Shown: piece by piece, positions 37,076-51,399 of the stretch
How the letters are laid out: each line of letters opens with the position of its first letter
Position numbering within the stretch: the stretch's first letter is position 1
Assembly (NCBI GenBank): GCA_038087875.1
Contig: JAXLNO010000235.1
Span: 310,001 to 374,000 of the forward strand
DNA length: 64,000 bases
From: Malacoraja senta
Taxonomy: Eukaryota
Direction of reading: 5' to 3'
The notes under the pieces: model-generated
Told to the model about the DNA's origin: nothing
Seen by the model: only the letters and a program-made list of their open reading frames with translations
Databases searched by the model: none
Position numbers and translations under genes: made by a program

Positions 37076-38654
37076 AGCCGTGCGCATGAGTTTAGTTTTA
37101 CATTTAGAGATGCAGAGTGGAAACAGGCCCTTCAGCGCACCAAGTCTGCGAAGGATATTTAAAATAAAAGGGCTGTCTAAAGTTCACCAGCTGATACTTT
37201 TAAAATCGAATTGGAAGGAAATGTGAAGAATCATAATGAAAATGTTCCCAAGAGCTGGCATCATTCCGGGGGAGCACATGGTAATTTTGATAACCAATTC
37301 GACAGGGATATTTGGGTCTCCAATTCATGGTTCAAAGATGCAAAAAGTTGGGTCTAAATGTGAAGCTTTGACTAAGTCAAACCCTATTTTAAAAGAATTT
37401 TAAATTAAAAGGAGTCTGCAGATGCTGTAAACGAGTTCACGTGGAAGAATAAGAAACGGTTAAACAAGCCAATATATTTCATTTGAAGTGAAAATGCAAT
37501 TTGTCCAATTTAAACAAGTTTGCCTGAACCATGGATATTTGCCCAGCCTCAAAGATTCACGTTTTCTCACCCCATCAACAAAAAAAGCATGATTAGTTCA
37601 AAACGGAATAGATTATTCTACAGAGGCATCGTTTAAGACTCGGCTGAATCCAACATTCCTAAAGCACTATCATAATTAACTTGTTTAAGAAAGAACTGCA
37701 CATGCTGGAAAAATCGAAGGTTGACAAAAATGCTGGAGAAACTCAGCGGATGAGGCAGCATGCATCTAGACGCCGCCTCACCTGCTGAGTTTCTCCAGCA
37801 TTTTTGTCTACCATAATTAACTCACTCCCTTCTCCCAGGAGATGGGTATATGGAACAAGCTGCCAGAGGAGGTAGTGGAGGCTGGTACAATGGCATTTAG
37901 AAGATATTTGGACAGGACTATTTGGACTAATTGGGTTTCTCTAATATACACGGAACTTTTTTTGCTGTTTAATAAGGGTTTTACAGTGCAATATGTTACA
38001 CTACTGTTGTGCTGCTACGTAACCCACTCCATGACACACTGAGGAACACCTTCAGCAACAGACTGGTTCCACCAAGATGCAGCACAGAACGCCACAGGAG
38101 ATCCTGCTCCCCTATGGCTATCAAACTGTACAACTCCACCCCCTTCTGTCATGGGGTAGACTGACTAACCCCCTCCCCCTCCCCAATCTTTGCACATCCG
38201 CAATCCTTTCCACTCATCACTTTAATTTCATGTTTCATGTTTAGTTTAGTTTAGTTTAGTTTAGAGATACAGCGCAGAAACAGGCCCTTCGGCCCACCGG
38301 GTCTGTGGCAATCAGCGATCCCCGCACATTAACACTAACCAGCGATCATCCCGTACACTAGCACTACTCCACACACTAGGGACATTTACAATGTTACCAA
38401 AGCCAATTAACCTACAATCCTGTACGTCTTTGGTGTGTGGGAGAAAACCGAAGATCTCAGAGAAAACCCACGCAGGTCACGGGGAGAACGTACAAACTCC
38501 GTATGGACAGCACCCGTAATCGGGATCGAACCTGGGTCTCCGGCGTGCATTTGCTGTAAGGCAGCAACACTACCGCTGCGCCACCATGATTTGATTTCTC
38601 CAACTTCAAGTAACCCTTGCCTTCCCTCTCTCTCCACCCATCCCCAACCCTAGT

Positions 38655-41215
38655 TGGAAACATAGAAAATAGGTGCAGGAGTAGGCCATTCGGCCTTTCG
38701 AGCCTGCACCGCCATTTGATATGATCATGGCTGATCATCCAACTCAGTATCCCATCCCTGCCTTCTCTCCATACCCCCTGATCCCTTTAGCCACAAGGGC
38801 CACATCTAACTCCCTCTTAAATATAGCCAATGAACTGGCCTCAACTACCTTCTGTGGCAGAGAATTCCACAGATTCACCACTCTCTGTGTAAAAAATGAT
38901 TTTCTCATCTCGGTCCTAAAAAACTTCCCTCTTATCCTTAAACTGTGACCCCCTAGTTCTGTACTTCCCCAATATCGGGAATAATCTTTCTGCATCTAGC
39001 CTGTCCAACCCCTTAAGAATTTTGTAAGTTTCTATAAGATCCCACCTTAATCTTCTGAATGCTAGCGTGTATAAGCCGAGTCTATCCAGTCTTTCTTCAT
39101 ATGAAAGTCCTGCCATCCCAGGAATCAGTCTGCTGAACCTTCTCTGTACACCCTCTATGGCAAGAATGTCTTTCCTCAGATTAGGAGACCAAAACTGTAT
39201 GCAATACTCCAGGTGTGGTCTCAGAAAGACCCTGTACAACTGCAATAGAACCTCCCAGCTCTTATACTCAAATCATTTTGCTATGAATGCTAACATACCA
39301 TTTGCTTTCTTCACTGCCTGCTGCACCTGCATTCCTACTTTCAATGACTGGTGTGCCATGACACCCAGGTCTCGTTGCATCTCCCCTTTTCCTAATCGGC
39401 CACCATTCTCCAACTAGCTTCATTGTCCTGTGAAACGTCACCTATCCATGTTCTACACAGATGCTGTCTGACCCGCTGAGTTACTCCAGTACTCTGTGAA
39501 ACGTCACCTACCCATGTTCTCCACAGATGCTGCCTGACCCGCTGAGTTACTCCAGCACTCCGTGAAATGTCATCTATCCATGTTATAACCATATAACCAT
39601 ATAGCAATTACAGCACGGAAACACGCCATCTCGGCCCTTCAAGTCCGTGCCGAACACGTATTTTCCCCTAGTCCCATCTACATGCACTCAGACCATAACC
39701 CTCCATTCCTTTCCCATCCATATACCTATCCAATTTATTTTTAAGTGATAAAATCGAACCTGCCTCCACCACTTCCACTGGAAGCTCACAGCTACCACTC
39801 TCTGAGTAAAGGAGTTCCCCCTCATGTTACCCCTAATCTTCTGTTCCTTAATTCTCAAGTCATGTCCTCTTATTTGAATCTTCCCTACTCTCAATGGGAA
39901 AAGCTTATCCACGTCAACTCTGTCTATCCCTCTCATCATTTAAAGACCTCTATCAAGTCCCCCTTAACGTTCTGCGTTCCAAAGAATAAAGACCTAACTT
40001 GTTCGACCTTTCTCTGTAACTTAGTTGTTGAAACCCAGGCAACATTCTAGTAAACCTCCTCTGTACTCCCTCTATTTTGTTGACATCCTCCCTATAATTA
40101 GCCGACCAAAATTGTACTCCATACTCCAGAATTGGCCTCACCAATGCCTTGTACAATTTTAACATTACATTCCAGCTTCTATACTCAATGCTCTGATTTA
40201 TGAAGGCCAGCACACCAAAAGCTTTCTTTACCACCCTATTTACATGAGATTCCACCTTCAGGGAACTATGCACAGTTATTCCTAGATCCCTCTGTTCAAC
40301 TGCATTGCTCAATTCACTACCATTTACCATGTACGTCCTATTTTGATTTGTCCTGCCAAGATGTAGCACCTCACACTTATCTGCATTAAACTCCATCTGC
40401 TATCTTTCAGCCGACTCTTCCAAATGGCCTAAATATCTCTGTAGACTTTGAAAATCTACTTCATTATCCATAACACCACCTATCTTAGTATCATCTGCAT
40501 ACTTACTAATCCAATTTACCACACCACCATCCATTCATTAATGTACATGACACACAACAGTGGACCCAACACAGATCCCTGAGGCACCCCACTAGTCACC
40601 GGCCTCCAACCTGACAAACAGCCATCCACCATTACTCTCTGGCATCTCCCATTCAGCCACTGTTGAATCCATCTTGCTACTCCACCATTAATACCCAACA
40701 ATTGAACTCTCTTAACCAACCCTCCATGAGGAACCTTGTCAAATGCCTTACTGAAGTCCATATAGACAACATCCACTGCTTTACCCTCATCAATTTCCCC
40801 AGTAACCTTTTCAAAAAATTCAAGATTAGTCAAACATGACCTTCCAGGCACAAATCCATGTTGACTGTTCCTAATCAGATCCTGTTGATCCAGATGCTTA
40901 TATATATTATCTCTAAGTATCCTTTCCATTAATTTGCCCACCACTGACGTCAAACTAACAGGTCTATAATTGCTAGGTTTACTCTTAGAACCCTTTTAAC
41001 ACAATGGAACAGCATGCGCAATACGCCAATCGTCCGGCACTATTCCCGTTTCTAATGGCATTTGAAATATTTCTGTCATTTCTACACTAACTTCCCTCAA
41101 GACTTATCCACTTTTATATATTTTTTAAAGTGTCAGTACTTCCTCTTCTTTTAATCTCATAGTTTCCATAGCTTTTCTACTTGTTTCCCTTACCTCACAT
41201 AATTCAATATCCTTC
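38655..41215 (-). mobile_element. Two CR1 fragments and the 66 bp tandem repeat, copy 2
   Basis: Paralogs of 13435-16070. Confidence 0.9.
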
Positions 41216-44186
41216 TCCAGAGATGTTCTCCAGAGATGCTCCCTAACATTTGTCGTTTCAGGTCAGAACCCTTCCGGTTTGAGTGGGCCAGTGGAGTAGA
41301 GAAGCCAAGGCAGTTGTTGCACCAACAGTGGATATAAAAAGGTCCAGAGAGGGTAGAAGGGTGGGTAGGGGGAGAGGCGGGGGGGGGGGGGGATGTTGAA
41401 GACTGGAGACAGGATTGTCACTGGATGGATAGGATTCTCTCCCATAAAGAAAAGCTCAGAGGTGGCAGTAGAGCCCTACGTCCCTATGTTCCCAATGTAG
41501 GGGGTCCAGAACCAGGGGGTCATAGTTTAAGAATAAGACTCGCTGAGTCACTCCACCTTTTATCTTGGTCTATTAATGGATTCAAATCTACCTTAGATCT
41601 CCTTTTATCATCCTGCTTGGCACTCTCCACCGGCATTTTTGATACAGGTTCCTTTGTTTCTAAATACGTAGAGTGAATATTAAAGCTCTGATCTGTTCAA
41701 TATCTCGCAAACTGTGAACCCACTTCAAGTTGATGGATGGAATGGAGCCCGTCCGTCTCTCATGGTTACGGATGCAGTTCATTGTGATGTCGCCGGCCAG
41801 GCACATTATGAGGTCACCTCTGATTATGATGGTTTACAAACTTGCGATCTTATGAATGGAAGGCCAGCCCAGAAGGGAATAAACCACTTCACCATATGAC
41901 CACAGGTCACAGTGGTTATAACCAACTGGACTCAAGTGTTAGATACAAGGAACTCAGTTCAATTGAGTTTATTGTCACGTGTACGGAGAAATGCTTTTTG
42001 TCGCATGTTAAAAACAGTTAGCAGAAAGACATTGCATGATTACAATCGAGCCATTTGCAATGTATAGATACATGGTAAAGGAATAACGTTTAGTGCAAGG
42101 TAAAGCCAGCAAGGATAGTCCGAGGGTCACCAATGAGGTAGATAGAAGTTCAGAACTGCTCTCTGGTTGTGGTAGGATGATTTAGTTGCCTGGTAACAGC
42201 TGGAAAGAAACTGTCCCTGAATCTGGAGGTGTGCGTTTTCACACTACTGTACCTTTCCTAATTTGCAGAAGGACATTCTTACTATTGAGGGTGTGCAGCG
42301 TAAGTTCACCAGGTCAAAATCCGGGGTGGCGAGACTTACGTATGATGAAAGCATGGGTAGACTGGGCTTGAATTCGCTGGAAATGAGAAGGATGAGAGGA
42401 TATCTTATGAAAACATATAACATTCTCAAAGGAGTTAAGGCTAGATGCAGGAACAATGTTCCCGATGTTCGGGGAGTCCAGAACCAGGGGTCACAGTTTA
42501 AGAATAACGGGTTAGGCCATTTAGGACTCAGAAGAGGGAAAAAAATTTCACGCAGAAAATCTGTAGAATTCTCTGCCACAGAAGGCAGTGGAGGCCAATT
42601 CACTGGATGTTTTCAAGTGAGTGTTGGATGTGGCTCTTTGGGCTAACAGAATCAAGGGATATGGGGAGATAGCAGGAATGGGGTATTGATTTTGGATGAT
42701 CAGCCAAAATCATATTGAAAGGCGGTGCTGGCTCGAAGGGCCGAATGGCTTACTCCTGCACCTATTTTCTATGTTTCTACGTCATGGTGAGTCCAGCACT
42801 CGTTGACGTCTGGTCCTGAAGACGGGTCCTGAACCAAAACGTCACCCACTCATGTTCTCCAGAGATGCTGCTCAACCTGCTGTGTTACTCCAGCACAAAC
42901 AATATTAAATCTCAAGTGTTTTCATTTCGAGATACAGTGTGGCAACGGGCCCTTTGGCCCACCGAGTCCACGCCGACCAGTATTCACCTCTACACCCTCA
43001 CTATCCTACACACTGGGGACTTTTTACCAAAGCCAATTAACCTACAAACCTGCACGTCTTTGGAGTGTGGGAGGAAACCGGAGCATCCGTAGAAAACCCA
43101 CGCTGGTCACGAGGGGAACATACAAACTCTGTACAGACAGCACCTGGGTCTCCGGCGCAGTGAGGCAGCAACTCTACCGCTGAGCCACACTGCCATGTTG
43201 GGGGAAAATACTTAAAAAACAGCAGAATATTTTTGCCATTTGCCAAATGAGAGTTGTCTATAGTCAAAGAGTGTGTAGTTTGTTCCTGGCACGGAAATAC
43301 TTCTGCTTTATCAGTTTCACGCTTAACTCTATAAACCTAAAGACTCCATTGTTGGAATGCAATTCAATATTTGACAAATCTGAACACCTTAACAGACAGA
43401 TATAAAGCACACAGAGGGATTACTGGAGTACATTTTCCCTTTGTAGTCCCTGAGAAATCAGTGGCTGTGGCAGAGGGTTTTTCTGATATTCTAAGCCATG
43501 CCAATCCAGATATGATTGAATGACGGAGAGGACTTGATGTACCAAATGGAGAAGGAACATCTCATTGGGTTTTAAAGTTTGCAGAGGGCTGATATACAAC
43601 TTCCTTAACATCAAGTGAATTGATCAGCATGGTGGCGCAGCGATAGACTAAGAGTTGCTGCCTTACAGTGCCAGAGACCCGGGTTCGATCCTGTCTACGT
43701 GTGCATGTAGTTTGTACGTTCTCCCTGTGACCCACATGGGATTCCTTCCGGTGCTCTGGTTTCCTCCCACATTCTAGAGATGTGCCGGTGTGTAGGTTAA
43801 TTGACGTCTGTAAATTGCCCCTAGTGTGAAGGATATAGGACTAGTGTACAGGTGATCGTTGGTTGGCGTGGGCTCGGTCGGCGGAAGGACCTGTTTTCAC
43901 ACCATCTCTCTAAAACAAACTATTGCCGATACTTCGTTGGTCTCAGTTTAACATTGCTTGTGAAAGTCAGCAAAGTACAAGATTCTTTCTATAGCCTGCA
44001 GACCAGTGAGCCCATGTGTTCATATCTTTAACCAGACAGGCAGAACTTTTTTAGTTTAGTTTAGAGATACAGCACAGAATCAGGCCCTTCAGCCCACCGC
44101 GTCCACGTCAACCAGCGATACCCGTGCATTAAACTACCCCACGCACATTAGGGACAATTTACATTTATACCAAATTAACCTACTCT

Positions 44187-45645
44187 CTAGACTGACATCT
44201 TCAACCTGTCACATGCCCAAGCAGTTGTCCCCACGTGCCGTAAAACCACCTCCCTCGTGCCGGTGCCAAAACACTCCACTGCGGCGAGCCTCAACGACAT
44301 CTGCCCCGTTGCACTTACTCCCATCATCACTAAGTGCTTCGAGAGGCTGGTCCTGGCACACCTCAAAGGCTGCCTAGCTCCCACACTGGATCCCTATCAG
44401 TTCGCCTACCGCAAGAACAGGAGTACGGAGGATGCCATCTCAACGGCACTTCACTCCGCCCTCTCCCACCTCGACAACAGAGACACCTACGTGAGAATGC
44501 TGTTCATCTCAGCATTTAACATCATTATCCCCTCAAAACTGATGACCAAACTCAGCGACCTGGGCATCGACCCCTCCCTCTGCAACTGGATACTGGACTT
44601 TCTAACCAACAGACCCCAGTCTGTTAGGTCAGACAACCACACCTCTTCAACCCTCACCCTGAACACCGGCGTTCCACAGGGCTGTGTGCTGAGCCCCCTC
44701 CTCTACTCCCTCTTCACCTACGACTGCACACCTGTACATGGTACTAACACCATCATCAAGTATGCGATTGATACAACAGTGATTGGCCTCATCAGCAACA
44801 ACGATGAGTCGGCCTATAGGGAGGAGGTCCAGCTCCTAGCAGCATGGTACGCTGACAACAACCTGGCCTGTAACTACAAGAAGACCAAGGAGCTCATTGT
44901 GGACTACAGAAGGTCTAGGGGCGGCACGCACACCCCCATCCACATTAACGGGACGGAGGTGGAACGTGTTTCCAGCTTCAGGTTTCTGGCGGTCAACATC
45001 TCTGATGACCTCTCTTGGACCCACAATACCTCAACACTGGTTAAGAAGGCTCACCAGCTTCTTCTTCTTCTTAAGGAGAGAAAAGAAGGTCCATCTGCCT
45101 CCTCAGATTCTGGTGAACATCTACCGCTGCACCATCGAGAGCATCCTTACCAACTGTATCACAGGTTGGTATGGCAACTGTCTCTGACCGGAAAGCACTG
45201 CAGAGGATGGTGAAAACTGCCCAACGCATCACCGGTTCCTCACTCCCCTCCATTGAGTCTGTCCACGCAGCATTGTCTGCGAAGGGCGCGCAGGATCATC
45301 AAGGACTGCTCTCACCCCAGCCACATACTGTTTATCCTCCTCCCATCCGGGAGGCGCTACAGGTCTCTCCGTTGCCAGATCAGCAGGTTCAGGAACAGCT
45401 TCTTCCCTGCGGCTGTTACACAACTTAACTCTGTACCTTGGGGATTGCCAGTCACCCATCCCGGACACTCCTTCCCCCAGAAAAATTGCACTATGCAAAA
45501 ATTGTATGTACGTATTATATATATATATATATCTTGCTGTTCCATTATTCTATGTTCGCTCTTCTGGGTGAGATGCTAACTGCATTTCGCTGTCTCTGTA
45601 CTGTACACTGCACAATGACAATAAAGATTGATTCTGAATCTGAAA
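44187..45645 (+). mobile_element. Rex1/Babar LINE, copy 2
   Basis: 318 aa RT ORF; YADD reads YAID; retains segments missing in copy 1. Confidence 0.92.
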
Positions 45646-46614
45646 CCTACAGGTCTTTGGATTGTGGGAGAAAACGGAAGATCTCGGGAAAAAACCCACG
45701 CGGGTCAAGGGGAAAATGTACAAATCTGTACTGACAGCACCCGTAGTCAGGATCGAACCCGGGTCTCTGGCACTGCAAGCAGTGTAAGCAAAGAACTCTA
45801 CCGCTGCGCCACCGTGCCCACCCCTTTTCCCCAGGACAGAGATGGAATACTAGAGGGCATAGCTTTAACGAGAGTGGGGCAAAGTTTAAAGAAGTGTGGA
45901 GCAAGTTATGAGGTTAGAGTGCACCTTGAGTGTGTTGCCAGGGGTGGTGGAGGCAGATAGAACAGTGCGATTTAACAGGTTTTTGGATAGGCAGGGAATG
46001 GAGGGATAATGATAATGTGCAGACAGATAAGAGTTGGCAGTGGTGTCACGTTTAGCACAGGCATTGTGGGCCGAAGGGGCAGTTCCTGTGTTGGACTGTT
46101 CTATGTTTTAAACCTCAGGTTATCAATCTTTATCTTTAACAAAGGGTTTGGTGGGGAAGGGAATGAGATGAGTTAAGACAAGCTGATTTAAACTTTAGCG
46201 ATATAGAGTGGAAACTGGCCTTTCGGCCCACCGAGACCGCACCGACCAGCGATCACCCCGTACGCTAGCACTACCCTACGCAATAGGGACAATTTACAAA
46301 TTTTGCAAAGCCAATTAACCTTGAAAACCTGCAGGTCTGTGGCGTGTGGGAGGAAACCGGAGCACCCGGAGAAAACCCACGCTGTCACAGGGAGAAAGTA
46401 CAGGCAGCATCCCTGGTCAGGATTGACCCCGGGTCTCTGGCGCTGTAAGGCAGCAACTCCATCGCTGCGCCACCGTGCCGCCCAAATAGTTGCACATCAG
46501 ATTAGACAAGTTAGGAAGAAGAATCTGTCCAAGATTACAGATTCAATTGCGGAGTTCAATTACTTCACGCATATATAAATGCTAGGCGCCGCTGTTATAA
46601 CCATATAACAATTA

Positions 46615-47345
46615 CAACAATTTTGGCTGTTGAGTAGAGCACCTACTCGTGAATAAAAAACTGCTGTGACAGTCCGGAGTCGCCTTCCAGAGGGTAGTGA
46701 TTGAAATAGTTTGTGGCCAGGGTGAGAGGGGTCAGAGATGATCTTACCCGCTCGCTTCCTGGCCCTTGCAGTGTACAGTTCATCAATGGAGGGATGGTTG
46801 CAGCCAATAACCTTCTCTGCTGATCGGACGATTCGCTGCAGCCTCCAGGTGTCGTGCTTGGTGACTGAGCCAAACCAGACCATGATGGGGATGGTGAGAA
46901 CAGACTCTACGATGGTCGGGTAGAATTGGACCATCATTACCTGTGGCAGATTGTGCTTCCTCAGCTGCCGCAGGAAGTACATCATCTGTTGTGCCTGTTT
47001 GACTGTGGAGTCCATGGTAGCCCCCACTTATGGTCCTTGGAGATGATGGTTCCCAGGAACTTAAAAGATTCCACAGATGTGACTGTGGTGTTGTTGATGG
47101 TGAGTGGGGTGAGGGGAGGGGGAGCTCTCCTAAAGTCTACAATCAATTCCACTGTCTTAAGAGAATTGAGCTCCAGGTTGTTGCTACGGCACCAGGACGC
47201 AAGCTGTGACACTTGCTGTCTGTAGGCCGATTCCTCCCCATCCTGGATCAGTCCAATCAGGGTTGTGTTGTCCGCAAACTTGAGAAGCTTGACTGACAGA
47301 GGTGAAGTCGTTGGTGTAGAGAGCCGTAGAGGAGAGGAGAGAGTA
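46615..47345 (-). mobile_element. Rex1/Babar fragment, copy 2
   Basis: Paralog of 21490-22215. Confidence 0.88.
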
Positions 47346-47524
47346 CGCAGCCTTGCGGTGCTCCTATGCTGAGTGTTTACGGGTCTCAGATGTACTTTCC
47401 CATCCAAAGTAAGTCAAATGGGCACTGGTGGGTGAAGAGTTGTAAACTAAGACCCTTGGACAGGTGAGTGGACAAGACAGGTTTAGAGGGGACAATGGAC
47501 ACAAGTGTGTGGGCCTTTGGTACC

Positions 47525-47765
47525 TTCTCAAGATGGCGTCTTGAACGGCGGGACCTTAACAAGATGGCCGCCGGCATCCGACCAATCAACGGCGCCGACC
47601 TCACATGCCCTCACCAAGATGGCCGCAATCAACCCCTCACAAAGATGGCCGTCAGCATCCGACCAATCAGCGGCGCCGATCTCACCTGCCCTCACCAAAA
47701 TGGCCGCCGACATCCGACCAATCAGCTGCGCCGACCTCACCTGCTCTCACTAAGATGGCCGCCAT
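47525..47765 (+). repeat. YY1-like/CCAAT repeat array, copy 2 (uninterrupted)
   Basis: Six aa(g/a)atggc motifs and three gaccaatca motifs. Confidence 0.8.
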
Positions 47766-47786
47766 CAAACTCTGATAAATATGGCC

Positions 47787-48014
47787 GATGGAACTCTCTG
47801 CCATAGATGGTGGTTGAGGTCACAGTTCATTGGCTATATTTAAGAGGGAGTTAGATGTGGCCCTTGTGGCTAAAGGGATCAGGGGGTATGGAGAGAAGGC
47901 AGGTACAGGATACTGAGTTGGATGATCAGCCATGATCATATTGAATGGCGATTGGTGTAGGCTCGAAGGGCCGAATGGCCTCTACTCCTGCACCTATTGT
48001 CTATGTTTCTATGT
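47787..48014 (+). mobile_element. CR1 3' end present only in copy 2
   Basis: tggaactctctgcca..gggccgaatggcctctactcctgcacctattgtctatg; absent at ~22747. Confidence 0.85.
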
Positions 48015-48470
48015 GTAGAATGTGAGAGTGACGGACAGTGTGGAGTGGACGGGGAGATGAGATGAATTACGAAGATTCAGGAACTGGGGAAAAATATCTA
48101 AAACAGAGGCTGAGCAGCAATAAAAATGAAATGTATTTCTCTGCAGAATTCACACAATATGGGGAAATGAGTTGTTAACCCGGATTAAGGAAGGAGCCTG
48201 ATTAGGTTTCTTGTCACAATGAGGACGACACTAACTCCTGAGCTGATGATGAGCTGCAAGTTGTGATTCCCTCCAGATGTTTTGCTGATAAATCTATGTT
48301 TTTGGATGTGGGCCTCAGTGTTTAGGCTTCCAGTTTTAACCCATGAGGATGTGACCATCCTTATTCCACCACTGATGGATGTGTTTAGTAAATTATGTAA
48401 ATGATAGGAGTAGGCCCCACAAATAACGAAGGACCAGCAATGTATTTCCAAGTTATGATGGTGACTAACT

Positions 48471-48704
48471 TGGTTCTTGGTTTCTTGGTCCTCCAAAATA
48501 TTCCAAATGGAATTTAAACTGGAGGTGGTGGAGGGAGGACTTAAGCCAGAAAGGGTTTTTGGGAAGAAAGAGCTACCTTAAATTTAGTTGCATCTGGTTG
48601 GGTAACTATGGTAGGGTGAAGATTATTCCATGCTTTAATTGTGCGGGGGAAGAATGAATTGCTGTACACATCTGTCTTGGTAGCTGGAAAGCTTGGTAGC
48701 TTGG
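48471..48704 (-). mobile_element. LINE 3' fragment with (CCAAGAA)n tail, copy-2-specific insertion
   Basis: TSD taact at 48466-48470 and 48705-48709; empty site at ~23195; same family as 1614-1845. Confidence 0.85.
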
Positions 48705-49594
48705 TAACTGGGTCAATTTGTGCCACACCACTAGCATGACCAAACAATTCTGGGTATGGTTTGTGTTTGCATATTGTGCATATATTTTCTAGCATCGATG
48801 CAGTCATCAATGTAATGGGGATAGAGTTCGGGGATAGGGCCAGTGTACACCTGGAGCACAATGTCTCTCTCGTGTCTATATCTCCATCACTGGCTTCAAC
48901 CTCACTCCTTAAACAGTGAGAGGAGCCACAACTCCGTCCCTCTGAACCAAGCGGAGGGACGGGTCTTGCTGCCCAAATACTTGTCCAGAGGCACTGGTGC
49001 AACATTGCAGCTGAGGCAGCAGCAGCCTCGCAGACAGTGTGTGTGAGATGCAGCTGCTGCCCCGTCCGCCCCTCCCTGGCCCAGGGTGACCAGAACTGTT
49101 CTTCCCCCCTCACCACTCCCCCCCCCCTTCACCACTCTCCCCATCTCCCTTCCCCATACACCCTCCCCTTCTCTTCCCACCCCCCACACCCTCGGCAATC
49201 TCCCCCTCCCCACATCCTCAAAACGATGACCAGAACTGCCCTCTTCCTCTCCCCCTCACCACTCTCCCCTTCCCCTCCATTCAGGGTGACCAGAACTGCT
49301 CTCCATAAACAGATAGCTCAGAGAAAGCAGGACAGAGGTAGGGAGGGAGTAACAGATGGATACGGATAAGATGCAGTGTCTGTCGAGCAGAGTTCCTCCA
49401 GCATGTTGTCCCAGTAAAGAATGAAAAACGGGAACTATTCACAACCGTTTCAGGAGTGCCACGGGTGGAGAAGGTGGAAATCCATTTCCTAAAGATGGGG
49501 AAATAGCTGAGTATGATCTTCACTAATTCTATAAACAACCTGGTTGGAAATTTGCCAGATTAAGATGATTAATCCTTAATCCCAGAGGTTTAAG

Positions 49595-49770
49595 GTGAAG
49601 GGGCAATTATTTAATAGGAATCTGAAGGGTAACTTTTTCACACAAAGGGTGGTGGGTGTATGGAAAAAGCTGCCAGAGGGGTTAGCTGAGACAGGGACTA
49701 TCCCAACATTTAAGGTGCAGTTAGACAGGTACATGGATAGGAAAAGTTTGGAGGGATATGGACCAAACGC
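49595..49770 (+). mobile_element. CR1 3' fragment
   Basis: NFFTQRVVGVWKKLP..FKVQLDRYMD. Confidence 0.8.
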
Positions 49771-50244
49771 AATGGTGTGGATAGCATCTCAGGGAAAGAG
49801 CTATTTCACAGTTTTGGATTTGCCAGATTTCCAGAATCTGCTATTTTTTTGCTTTATTCCATCCTGATTTGCAATCAATTAATGATGGCTCGCAGAATGA
49901 TCCTGACCTGAAACGTTATCCAACCTTTTTCTCCAGAGATGCTTCCTGACCTGAGTTACTCCAGCGCTTTGTATATTTGGTATAAACCAGCATCTGCAGT
50001 TCCTTGTTTCTACTAATGATGTTAAGTTTTTTTATTCTCTTGAAGTTGTCTGATTTGATTTATTTCAACTTCCTTCCTGAGTCACCCTCTTTAAGTGCAG
50101 TGAAAAGATGGTGGTGGACTGGTTGAAGACCTGTGGTGGAAGGGAATCAGTTGTGTCTTTACTGTCCCTCTGAATGTATGTTTTGGACGGTGGCTGGTGG
50201 TGCGCAAGAGGTTGTAGGTGTCTGTTTGTTTGTGGTCACCATTT

Positions 50245-50535
50245 TAGTTTCGAGATACAGATTAGAAACAGCCCTTTCGGCCCACCGAGTCCACGCTGAC
50301 CATCTATCATCGTTCACACTAGTTCTGAATTATCCCACTTTCTCATCCACTCCCTGCACACTGGGGGCAATTTACAGAGGCCAATTAACATGCAAACCTG
50401 CACGTGTTTGGAATGTGGGAGAAAACTAGAGCACCCACGCGGTCACAGGGTGAACGTGCAAACTCCACACACAGCATTGGAGGTCAGGATTAAACCGGGT
50501 CTCTGGCGCTCGACCAGCTACGCCACTGTGCCCAC
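50245..50535 (-). mobile_element. V-SINE (HE1-like), diverged
   Basis: Core and tail recognisable on the minus strand. Confidence 0.75.
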
Positions 50536-50559
50536 CATTCTCTAATGCCAATTCAATCC

Positions 50560-51100
50560 AGTGGTGTCCACGACTGGGTAACAACAATCTTCCAGTTTTG
50601 ATTTGTCTGCAGCTTCATCAGGGAAAGAGGTCCGGCAAGTTTAGGGAAAGTCCAGAAAGTCAATGTTTTGTTTGTGGTGGTTTTAACCTTGGTGGTGTGT
50701 GTGAAAGATGTGAATGAATTCCTCTGACTCTGTTTCTGAATGTGACATTCCCAAATGTCATCCAGTTCTTGGTGAAAAGACATTGATCGCCTGGGACACT
50801 TCTAGACCAAAGCCTCGTCTAGTCTTTCTCTGAGATATGTTTAACTGTTGTATGTTCCTGTCTGTTCTGTTTGTGGACGGGCCTTCGATGTCCATGTAAG
50901 TGTACGACATCAGGTGGCACAGTCAGAGAATGTGACGTGGTCTGAAGTAGAGGTGCTGCTGTGCCAGTAGATTAAGAAGGGAGTTGATGTATTCTGCTAC
51001 CCGATAGGATTCACTACCACAGTCAGACACAATGGGCCTTCCTGGACGTATTTCCGCAGGATCTGTCCACCTGTCAAGGTGTTTGTGTATTTTAGGGAAT
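50560..51100 (-). mobile_element. Old, decayed Penelope-like RT fragment (different family)
   Basis: PKIHKH..PGRPIVSDCGSESYRVAEYI, MDIE, LDDIW..EEFIHI across frames. Confidence 0.75.
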
Positions 51101-51399
51101 TTTCACACTCGTGGTTCAAAGGTTTCAAAGGTCTTTTATTGTCACGTTTACCGATTAAGGTACAGTGATATGTGAATTATTCTCGGGTATTCTAATGGTT
51201 TCTGACGATGTGGAGTTTGTACGTTCTCTCTGTGACCTGCGTGTGTTTCCTCCGGGAGGTTCTGGTTTCCTCCCACACTCTAAAGACGTACAGGGTTGGA
51301 GGATAATTGGCTTGGTATAAATGTTAATTGCCCCTTGTGAGTGTAGGATAGTGTCAGTATGCGGGGATCGCAGGTTGCCGCTGGCCTGTTTCGCACTGT

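Larger units (their letters stand above)
28442..48884 (+). repeat. Segmental duplication, copy 2
   Basis: Starts gttgtttttctactgcc (matches 1024) and ends ...tatctc (matches 23374); has copy-specific indels. Confidence 0.97.
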
